Assembly: GCA_950097015.1 (NCBI GenBank)
Contig: CATNEN010000011.1
Coordinates: forward strand, 5,580,001 to 5,644,000
Direction of reading: 5' to 3'
Origin: Macrostomum hystrix
Taxonomy: Eukaryota; Animalia; Platyhelminthes
Length of the DNA: 64,000 bases
The position numbers and the translations under genes were made by a program. The notes beneath the pieces were generated by a model that was not told where the DNA came from, made no database searches, and saw only the letters and a program-made list of their open reading frames with translations. Every line of letters begins with the position of its first letter. Within the stretch, counting starts at the first letter, position 1. Shown here one piece after another: positions 23,848-34,705 of the stretch.

Positions 23848-25323
23848 GCAGAAGCATCAGCATCAGCTGCAATATCAGCAGCAGCAACATCAGCAGCAGC
23901 AGAAGCATCAGCATCAGCAACAACATCAGCAGCAGCAGAAGCGTGAGCATCAGCAGCATCAGCAGCAGCAGCAACAGCATCAGCAGCAGCAGAAGCATGA
24001 GCATCAGCTGCAATATCAGCAGCAGCAGCAGCTTCATCGTTCACGGAAGCAAGGACAGCAGAAAGTGGGTGAGTGGCAGAGCGGTCCAACGTCAAGCACC
24101 AAGGTCCCTGAGCTGGATTCCGCGGCGAGGCCACATTCATTTGGGGCGCAGCGGCGTAGAGAAGGCTTGGGGCTTGTCGTGCAATTTACGTCATTGAGGG
24201 CCATTGTACGTCATTGTGCCTGCGTACAGTATCTGTGTGCGTGTGTGCTCAGGAGTCAGTGAAATGGACACTGGACAGAATTACCTTCTCGCTGGCTGCG
24301 GGTCTAGTGTCACCAAATGATGTGTCATCGCCCGCAGCCCCCTGAAAATATTATTTTTATTATTAAGTCCAGCAGATTCAGCTGCAGCATCCACAGTCGC
24401 AGAAGCTCAGCCACCTGCAGTGTCACCAGTGTGAACGCGAGTTCGCCAGCGTTAGCAATCTTCGCCGTCATGGACAGACTCATCGGAGTTTGGAAAGTGA
24501 GCAGGCAAAAAGTTGCGATCAGTGCGGCAAACTGTACGTGTCCATGTCAGCTCTGGCGATGCACCTGATGACCCACAGCCTGCGGTTCCGCTGCCACCTG
24601 TGCGGCAGGAAGTTCAGCAGAGCTTGGCTTCTTAGTGTACACACCCGGAGTCACACCGGTGAGAGCGTCCTGAATACTGCTGCTTCCATGATCCTTCAGG
24701 GTAGTTGTCCATGATCGTTCAGGGTAGTTGTCCATGATTGTTCAGGGTAGTTGTCCATGATCGTTCAGGGTAGTTGTCCATGATCGTTCAGGGTAGTTGT
24801 CCATGATCGTTCAGGGTAGTTGTCCATGATCGTTCAGGGTAGTTGTCCATGATCGTTCAGGGTAGTTGTCCATGATCGTTCAGGGTAGTTGTCCATGATC
24901 GTTCAGGGTGGCTGTCCATGATCGTTCAGGGTAGTTGTCCATGATCCTTCAGGGTAGTTGTCCATGATCCTTCAGGGTAGTTGTCCATGATCGTTCAGGG
25001 TGGCTGTCCATGATCTTTCATGGTAGTTGTCCATGATCTTTCATGGTAGTTATATAGTCTATATATCCTTCAGGGAAGTTGCCCATGATTCTTCAAGGAC
25101 GTTGTCTGTAGTCCTTCAGGGCGGTTGTCAATGATCCTTTAAGTTGTTTGTCAACGATCCTTCAGGTCATTTTCCAAGTATCCGTCAGGTCTGTTTTTTA
25201 TCCTCTATTTTTTATTATTTTCACATCCACTCCGCAGGTGAGAAACCTTACAAGTGTCCCACCTGTGGCAGGGCATTCGCTGATCGTTCCAATCTAAGAG
25301 CTCATCAGAGAACTCACGGGTGA
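23049..25323 (+). CDS. scrt: Scratch-like (Snail superfamily) C2H2 zinc-finger factor with polyQ/H exon; exons 23049-23275, 23407-24064, 24376-24658, 25238-25323; N-terminus uncertain
   Basis: Fingers ..[45 protein letters not shown]|[16 protein letters not shown]; the HRSLxS linker and YVSMxALAMH are Scratch signatures; phases are consistent. Confidence 0.85.
23440..24035 (+). repeat. CAG-rich coding microsatellite (polyAla then polyGln/His) with 36-bp sub-repeats
   Basis: Direct reading. Confidence 0.9.
24067..24362 (+). mobile_element. SINE family A, full length, filling scrt intron 2
   Basis: A-box GTGGCAGAGCGGT, B-box-like GAGCTGGATTCC, shared body and tail; flanked by CAGCAGA at 24056-62 and 24370-76. 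Confidence 0.8.
24685..25180. repeat. 23-bp intronic minisatellite (AGGGTAGTTGTCCATGATCGTTC), scrt intron 3
   Basis: Tandem array decaying 3'. Confidence 0.95.
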
Positions 25324-25328
25324 AAGAA

Positions 25329-25334
25329 AATAAA
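25329..25334 (+). terminator. Polyadenylation signal AATAAA of scrt
   Basis: AATAAATAAA just after the stop codon. Confidence 0.4.
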
Positions 25335-25424
25335 TAAATGAATCAGCACAGAACTGACTGCAAAACTACAATGAAATGAAAAAGCACAACAATAATTTCT
25401 CTTCTAATATTCCGTTCTCCCATC

Positions 25425-26445
25425 TCCTACCCCCATACTACCCTGTCCTACCCCATTCTACCCTCTCCTACCCCATTCTACCCTCTCCTACCCCATTCTA
25501 CCCTGTCCTACCCCATTCTACCCTGTCCTACCCCATTCTACCCTCTCCTACCCCATTCTACCCTCTCCTACCCCATTCTACCCTGTCCTACCCCATTCTT
25601 CCCTGTCCTAACCCATTCTACCCTCTCCTACCCCATTCTACCCTCTCCTACCCCATTCTACCTGTCCTACCCACATTCTACCCTCTCGTACCCCATTCTA
25701 CCCTCTCCTGCCCCATTCTACCCTGTCCTACCCCATTCTACCCTGTCCTAACCCAATCTACCCTCTCCTACCCCATTCTACCCTCTCCTACCCCATTCTA
25801 CCTGTCCTACCCCCATTCTACCCTCTCGTACCCCATTCTACCCTGTCCTACCCCATTCTTCCCTGTCCTACCCCATTCTACCCTGTCCTACCCCATTCTA
25901 CCTGTCCTAACCCATTCTACCCTCTCCTACCCCATTCTACCCTGTCCTACCCCATTCTACCCTCTCCTACCCCATTCTACCCTCTCCTACCCCATTCTAC
26001 CCTCTCCTACCCCATTCTACCCTGTCCTACCCCATTCTACCCTGTCCTACCCCATTCTACCCTCTCCTACCCCATTCTACCCTCTCCTACCCCATTCTAC
26101 CCTGTCCTACCCCATTCTACCCTGTCCTACCCCATTCTACCCTCTCCTACCCCATTCTTCCCTGTCCTACCCCATTCTTCCCTGTCCTACCCCATTCTTC
26201 CCTGTCCTACCCCATTCTACCCTCTCCTACCCCATTCTACCCTCTCCTACCCCATTCTACCCTGTCCTACCCCATTCTTCCCTGTCCTACCCCATTCTAC
26301 CCTGTCCTACCCCATTCTACCCTGTCCTACCCTATTCTACCCTCTCCTACCCCATTCTACCCTCTCCTACCCCATTCTACCCTGTCCTACCCCATTCTTC
26401 CCTCTCCTACCCCATTCTACCCTCTCCTACCCCATTCTTCCCTCT
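25425..26445. repeat. 20-bp C-rich minisatellite (CCCATTCTACCCTCTCCTAC)
   Basis: Tandem array. Confidence 0.97.
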
Positions 26446-27109
26446 TCTGTCCCCATTGTTCACTTCATTGTCTCATGAATACTATTGTAATAAAATATAA
26501 TTTGCTGCCTCTGTTTACTCATTATTTTTTATGTACTACAAAGTATTCGTATGCTAAAATGGTATAACCAATAGTATTTAAACTTTAACAGTTGACATTT
26601 GCTTTGAAATCTACTTTTTAGTTTACCTGGAGTATTGGAATGTACTTTTTTAAAGTCTCGAACAGAGGTCCTGAGCTCGAATCCCGCAGACGAGCTTTCT
26701 ACTCGTAAAGCAATAACTAAAAGCTTGAGTCTCGAGTCGTAAACAAGTACTCGTAAACAAATTGGTCTCAAACGAAGACACGCGTACAAAATCCCACCCT
26801 AAAGTTCACACGTGCAAGGACATGCCTCACAAGGATGCGGCTGTAAACTAATTCTTACCGGGAACAATTTATGACTGTTATCTGTTTGTAAAGCTACACC
26901 CAAGTCTGAAATTTTTCTCACGATCTGGGAGCAAAAACCCGTGATTTTAAAGCGATTCCAAATTAGGAAATGTGTCGAAGGATTTGCGTGGGAAACGTTC
27001 AATACCAGCATTTCTCCCATGAGTCGTTCTGAAATAAAAAAGCTAAATTTAAACCTTCATAAGCATACATTTTTTTAATTTACGATTCTTTGAAAGTGTG
27101 TTTATGTGA

Positions 27110-30100
27110 ATGAAGGATTCTGTGGCTCTAGGATTCTGTGAATGCGGAATTCTGTGAATGTGGGATTCTGTGAATAAAGGATTCTGTGGCTGTAGGATTC
27201 TGTGAATGCGGGATTCTGTGAATGTGTGATTATGTGAATGAAGGATTCTGTGGCTGTAGGATTCTGTGAATGCGGGATTCTGTGAATGAAGGATTCTGTG
27301 AATGAAGGATTCTGTGAATGTGTGATTATGTGAATGAAGGATTCTGTGAATGCGGGATTCTGTGAATGTGGGATTCTGTGAATGTGGGATTTTGTGAATG
27401 TGTGATTCTGTGAATGCGGGATTCCGTGAAATCGGATTCTGTGAATGTGAGATTCTGTGAATGTGGGATTCTGTGAATTTGAGATTCTGTGAATATGGGA
27501 TTCTGTGAATGTGGGATTTTGTGAATGAAGGATTCTGTGAATGTGGGATTTTGTGAATGTGTGATTCTGTGAATGCGGGATTCTGTGAAATCGGATTCTG
27601 TGAATGTGAGATTCTGTGAATGTGGGATTCTGTGAATATGGGATTCTGTGAATGCGGGATTCTGTGAATGTGGGATTCTGTGAATGTGAGATTCTGTGAA
27701 TGTGGGATTCTGTGAATGTGGGATTTTGTGAATGAAGGATTCTGTGAATGTGGGATTTTGTGAATGTGTGATTCTGTGAATGTGGGATTCTGTGAAATCG
27801 GATTCTGTGAATGTGAGATTCTGTGAATGTGGGATTCTGTGAATGTGAGATTCTGTGAATATGGGATTCTGTGAATGTGGGATTTTGTGAATGAAGGACT
27901 CTGTGAATGTTGGATTTTGTGAATGTGTGATTCTGTGAATGCGGGATTCTGTGAAATCGGATTCTGTGAATGTGAGATTCTGTGAATGTGAGATTCTGTG
28001 AATATGGGATTCTGTGAATGTGGGATTCTGTGAATGTGAGATTCTGTGAATGTGAGATTCTGTGAATGTGTGATTCTGTGAATGCGGGATTCTGTGAAAT
28101 CGGATTCCGTGAATGTGTGATTATGTGAATGAAGGATTCTGTGGCTGTAGGATTCTGTGAATGCGGGATTCTGTGAATGTGGGATTCTGTGAATGCGGGA
28201 TTCTGTGAATGAAGGATTCTGTGAATGAAGGATTTTGTGAATGAAGGATTTTGTGAATGTGTGATTATGTGAATGAAGGATTCTGTGAATGCGGGATTCT
28301 GTGAATGCGGGATTCTGTGAATGTGGGATTTTGTGAAATCGGATTCTGTGAATGTGAGATTCTGTGAATGTGGGATTCTGTGAATTTGAGATTCTGTGAA
28401 TATGGGATTCTGTGAATGTGGGATTTTGTGAATGAAGGATTCTGTGAATGTGGGATTTTGTGAATGTGTGATTCTGTGAATGCGGGATTCTGTGAAATCG
28501 GATTCTGTGAATGTGAGATTCTGTGAATGTGGGATTCTGTGAATATGGGATTCTGTGAATGCGGGATTCTGTGAATGTGGGATTCTGTGAATGTGAGATT
28601 ATGTGAATGTGGGATTCTGTGAATGAAGGATTCTGTGAATGAAGGATTTTGTGAATGTGTGATTTTGTGAATGTGTGATTATGTGAATGAAGGATTGTGT
28701 GGCTGTAGGATTCTGTGAATGCGGGATTCTGTGAATGCGGAATTCTGTGAATGTGGGATTCTGTGAATAAAGGATTCTGTGGCTGTAGGATTCTGTGAAT
28801 GCGGGATTCTGTGAATGTGTGATTATGTGAATGAAGGATTCTGTGGCTGTAGGATTCTGTGAATGCGGGATTCTGTGAATGAAGGATTCTGTGAATGAAG
28901 GATTCTGTGAATGTGTGATTATGTGAATGAAGGATTCTGTGAATGCGGGATTCTGTGAATGTGGGATTCTGTGAATGTGGGATTTTGTGAATGTGTGATT
29001 CTGTGAATGCGGGATTCCGTGAAATCGGATTCTGTGAATGTGAGATTCTGTGAATGTGGGATTCTGTGAATTTGAGATTCTGTGAATATGGGATTCTGTG
29101 AATGTGGGATTTTGTGAATGAAGGATTCTGTGAATGTGGGATTTTGTGAATGTGTGATTCTGTGAATGCGGGATTCTGTGAAATCGGATTCTGTGAATGT
29201 GAGATTCTGTGAATGTGGGATTCTGTGAATATGGGATTCTGTGAATGCGGGATTCTGTGAATGTGGGATTCTGTGAATGTGAGATTCTGTGAATGTGGGA
29301 TTCTGTGAATGTGGGATTTTGTGAATGAAGGATTCTGTGAATGTGGGATTTTGTGAATGTGTGATTCTGTGAATGTGGGATTCTGTGAAATCGGATTCTG
29401 TGAATGTGAGATTCTGTGAATGTGGGATTCTGTGAATGTGAGATTCTGTGAATATGGGATTCTGTGAATGTGGGATTTTGTGAATGAAGGACTCTGTGAA
29501 TGTTGGATTTTGTGAATGTGTGATTCTGTGAATGCGGGATTCTGTGAAATCGGATTCTGTGAATGTGAGATTCTGTGAATGTGAGATTCTGTGAATATGG
29601 GATTCTGTGAATGTGGGATTCTGTGAATGTGAGATTCTGTGAATGTGAGATTCTGTGAATGTGTGATTCTGTGAATGCGGGATTCTGTGAAATCGGATTC
29701 CGTGAATGTGTGATTATGTGAATGAAGGATTCTGTGGCTGTAGGATTCTGTGAATGCGGGATTCTGTGAATGTGGGATTCTGTGAATGCGGGATTCTGTG
29801 AATGAAGGATTCTGTGAATGAAGGATTTTGTGAATGAAGGATTTTGTGAATGTGTGATTATGTGAATGAAGGATTCTGTGAATGCGGGATTCTGTGAATG
29901 CGGGATTCTGTGAATGTGGGATTTTGTGAAATCGGATTCTGTGAATGTGAGATTCTGTGAATGTGGGATTCTGTGAATTTGAGATTCTGTGAATATGGGA
30001 TTCTGTGAATGTGGGATTTTGTGAATGAAGGATTCTGTGAATGTGGGATTTTGTGAATGTGTGATTCTGTGAATGCGGGATTCTGTGAAATCGGATTCTG

Positions 30101-31918
30101 TGAATGTGAGATTCTGTGAATGTGGGATTCTGTGAATATGGGATTCTGTGAATGCGGGATTCTGTGAATGTGGGATTCTGTGAATGTGAGATTATGTGAA
30201 TGTGGGATTCTGTGAATGAAGGATTCTGTGAATGAAGGATTTTGTGAATGTGTGATTTTGTGAATGTGTGATTATGTGAATGAAGGATTGTGTGGCTGTA
30301 GGATTCTGTGAATGCGGGATTCTGTGAATGTGGGATTATGTGAATGTGTGATTATGTGAATGAAGGATTCTGTGAATGAAGGATTTTGTGAATGAAGGAT
30401 TTTGTGAATGTGTGATTATGTGAATGAAGGATTCTGTGGCTGTAGGATTCTGTGAATGCGGGATTCTGTGAATGAAGGATTCTGTGAATGAAGGATTTTG
30501 TGAATGTGTGATTATGTGAATGAAGGATTCTGTGAATGCGGGATTCTGTGAATGTGGGATTCTGTGAATGTGGGATTTTGTGAATGTGTGATTCTGTGAA
30601 TGCGGGATTCCGTGAAATCGGATTCTGTGAATGTGAGATTCTGTGAATGTGGGATTCTGTGAATTTGAGATTCTGTGAATATGGGATTCTGTGAATGTGG
30701 GATTTTGTGAATGAAGGATTCTGTGAATGTGGGATTTTGTGAATGTGTGATTCTGTGAATGCGGGATTCTGTGAAATCGGATTCTGTGAATGTGAGATTC
30801 TGTGAATGTGGGATTCTGTGAATATGGGATTCTGTGAATGCGGGATTCTGTGAATGTGGGATTCTGTGAATGTGAGATTCTGTGAATGTGGGATTCTGTG
30901 AATGTGGGATTTTGTGAATGAAGGATTCTGTGAATGTGGGATTTTGTGAATGTGTGATTCTGTGAATGTGGGATTCTGTGAAATCGGATTCTGTGAATGT
31001 GAGATTCTGTGAATGTGGGATTCTGTGAATGTGAGATTCTGTGAATATGGGATTCTGTGAATGTGGGATTTTGTGAATGAAGGATTCTGTGAATGTTGGA
31101 TTTTGTGAATGTGTGATTCTGTGAATGCGGGATTCTGTGAAATCGGATTCTGTGAATGTGAGATTCTGTGAATGTGGGATTCTGTGAATATGGGATTCTG
31201 TGAATGTGGGATTCTGTGAATGTGAGATTCTGTGAATGTGAGATTCTGTGAATGTGTGATTGTGTGAATGCGGGATTCTGTGAAATCGGATTCCGTGAAT
31301 GTGTGATTATGTGAATGAAGGATTCTGTGGCTGTAGGATTCTGTGAATGCGGGATTCTGTGAATGTGGGATTATGTGAATGTGGGATTCTGTGAATGAAG
31401 GATTCTGTGAATGAAGGATTTTGTGAATGAAGGATTTTGTGAATGTGTGATTATGTGAATGAAGGATTCTGTGAATGCGGGATTCTGTGAATGCGGGATT
31501 CTGTGAATGTGGGATTTTGTGAAATCGGATTCTGTGAATGTGAGATTCTGTGAATGTGGGATTCTGTGAATTTGAGATTCTGTGAATATGGGATTCTGTG
31601 AATGTGGGATTTTGTGAATGAAGGATTCTGTGAATGTGGGATTTTGTGAATGTGTGATTCTGTGAATGCGGGATTCTGTGAAATCGGATTCTGTGAATGT
31701 GAGATTCTGTGAATGTGGGATTCTGTGAATATGGGATTCTGTGAATGTGGGATTCTGTGAATGTGAGATTCTGTGAATGTGAGATTCTGTGAATGTGTGA
31801 TTCTGTGAATGCGGGATTCTGTGAAATCGGATTCCGTGAATGTGGGATTTTGTGAATGTGGGATTCCGTGAATGTGGGATTCTGTGAATGTGTGATTATG
31901 AGAAGTGGGATTCTGTGA
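27110..31918. repeat. 16-bp satellite (GGGATTCTGTGAATGT), about 300 units, with a 1593-bp higher-order repeat
   Basis: Rare variants recur exactly 1593 bp apart (GCGGAATT 27144/28737; GGACT 27897/29490; AAGGATTG 28690/30283). Confidence 0.98.
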
Positions 31919-32321
31919 GTCTATAGTTCATTAGGGGTGAAACTGTTTTTAAAAATTTAACAAGCGCAAGTATGGAAGTTTCTGTATGACAAGTGCCAAT
32001 TTAAAAGTCATTTTAACTTCTAGAAATTTGACTGAAAGCTTTTAATGGAATGGATTGAATTTCGATAAGAAAGTGCAAAGAGATTAGAATTAAAAGTAGG
32101 ATATTTCTCAAATAGATTTCTTATCTATTTCTCAAAGCCAATCGACAGGTAAACACCTGCCTGTGTTGAGTCATCTAAAAGGAGATTGAAAGAGGAAACT
32201 CAAGAACAACACGTGCCGTTTTGTTAAGTGCTGTTTGTTTAAATGGGGTCACCGATTGGGACCCAATAGTGTTTTGCAACTTGCTCTCTCTGCTGCACAC
32301 AAACACGCAATTGGTTTCTAG

Positions 32322-33207
32322 GTGACAGACTGATCTCCATCAGTTTCACAGTGTGACAGACTAAACTTCTTAGAGTGACAGACTAATCTCCTATAGAATC
32401 TCAGAGTGACAGACTAATCTCCCCATAGTTTCTCAGAGTGACAGACTGATCTCCGTCAGTTTCACAGTGTGACAGACTAAACTTCTTAGAGTGACAGACT
32501 AATCTCCCTATAGTTTCTCAGAGTGACAGACTAATCTCCTATAGAATCTCAGAGTGACAGACTAATCACGCCATAGTTTCTCAGAGTGACAGACAAATCA
32601 ACCCATAGTTTCTCAGAGTGACAGACTAATCCCAATAGTTTCTCAGAGTGACAGACTAATCCCAATAGTTTCTCAGAGTGACAGACTAATCCCAATAGTT
32701 TCTCAGAGTGACAGACTAATCCCAATAGTTTCTCAGAGTGACAGACTAATCCCAATAGTTTCTCAGAGTGACAGACTAATCACGCCATAGTTTCTCAGAG
32801 TGACAGACTAATCCCCATAGTTTCTCAGAGTGACAGACTAATCACGCCATAGTTTCTCAGAGTGACAGACTAATCCCAATAGTATCTTAGAGTGACAGAC
32901 TAATCCCCATAGTTTCTCAGAGTGACAGACTAATCCCAATAGTTTCTCAGAGTGACAGACTAATCCCAATAGTTTCTCAGAGTGACAGACTAATCCCAAT
33001 AGTTTCTCAGAGTGACAGACTAATCCCAATAGTTTCTCAGAGTGACAGACTAATCCCAATAGTTTCTCAGAGTGACAGACTAATCCCAATAGTATCTTAG
33101 AGTGACAGACTAATCCCCATAGTTTCTCAGAGTGACAGACTAATCTCCTATAGTTTCTCAGAGTGACAGACTAATCTCCTATAGTTTCTCAGAGTGACAG
33201 ACTAATC
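32322..33207. repeat. 30-bp minisatellite (CTCAGAGTGACAGACTAATCCCAATAGTTT)
   Basis: Tandem array. Confidence 0.96.
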
Positions 33208-34705
33208 ACTCTGCCTTAAGTTGGTATAAAATAAACGCAGACAAAAGCAGAAGGGTGTTTAGTTTGAGAAACGCAACTGAATCACAGCGTTTTATTTAAA
33301 AAGAAGCGCCACGTGCCACAGTATAAAGTTTGTGTTTTTATTATTTTGCTAAACTTTAAAAGTTTCAGAAGCACGAGCTAGTGTTAGCTGGCTTGTAATT
33401 TTAGAAATAATTTTATAGCAAACAAGTGAATATAAGCTAATGACACCGCCATTGGGTTATTACACATATGTAGTAATTGAATTTTACAGCTAAAATGACC
33501 GAATAAATAAATCATGGCTTGGGTTTGTTGTTATAGATGATAAATTTCTAATCTGCCAGTGTGAGTTCGTGAGTCAATGGAGTAGTAGAACTAGGATTAG
33601 GCAAAAATTAAAAATATCAGCAACAACTAAAAAGCAGATCCAGAAATTGTGTTTGAAACTTATTTTTATAAATTCCTATTTTTTAGGTTTCTTTCCTGGC
33701 ACAAAAAAACTGTCGAAAAAACATTAGAATCGTAAAAAAACTATTTCGTCGTTATGTAGGACTTTGCATTTTAAACTGGTGCCAAAGCATAGCCTAACGA
33801 GTGTAAAAGTATAACAAAACCTAAAGAAAAAAACAATTTAACGGACATAGTTCATCATAACCCAGTTCTGAATAGAAATCTTCAGTCAGTGCAGTTCACT
33901 AAGATACTTGTGCTGTAAAATAGTATGCGACAACCGCATTTCATTTTCTAAATAGGGCTAATAAACTTTTGAACACAGATCAACACGAAAATAGATGAAC
34001 AGGCGGATTGCCTGAAAGCACTAAAAAGCAATTGTTGTTTTAATTTATCAATAAAGTTTAAACAGAAAATAACACAAAACAGAACTCAGTTCAACTGGCC
34101 TTAGCAACAACCTCCATTTTCATATGTTGGTCTCGCTTTGCGTTTATACTACTAAGCTACAAACATATGGCCAGTAGTATAGAAAGAGAATCAATTGACA
34201 AAAATAGTTTCTTTTCGAATTGATTCTAGGATTCGCGTTCGCCTCAATGACTGCACTTAAATTTGAATACTTGAAGAAAATAAATTTGAAAAATATATTT
34301 GTTAAACTATTCTGACTTTGACGCTTAAGCACTGCAAAAATGGAGACAAAAATATAAACTATTTTGTTTGCTTGTTTGAAAACACTCAAAGCAAAAATAG
34401 CAACGATAATATGATAGAATCTTTGGGCGCATAATTGTGTCAACTGAAAAACAAATTAGACTAAACCAACAACACGATGCGGGGAGAGAAAAAATGGGAC
34501 TTAGTTCGACTTTTTTTCCTAGAACGATGACAGCTTAAGGAAAAAATAGGGACTAATATGATAGAAAATAATAACAGCAGGGTAACAGAAAGATAGTCCT
34601 ACATCGCCTAGAAACGTCTATAACAATAAATCTATAATTTAAATTTCATCACAAATCAGCGACGCCATTAGAAAACTCGACTACTCAAACGACTGCTCAA
34701 ATCTC

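Noticed and set aside
25376-26500. 374-aa PHSTLSYP ORF
   Set aside because: 20-bp satellite translation
27110-31918. Heat-shock elements in the 16-bp satellite
   Set aside because: TTC and GAA are 3 nt apart, not the 2 nt required for nTTCnnGAAn
25324-34700. A downstream exon for a fifth Scratch finger
   Set aside because: No CxxC..KSFALKSYL-like coding segment seen on the plus strand
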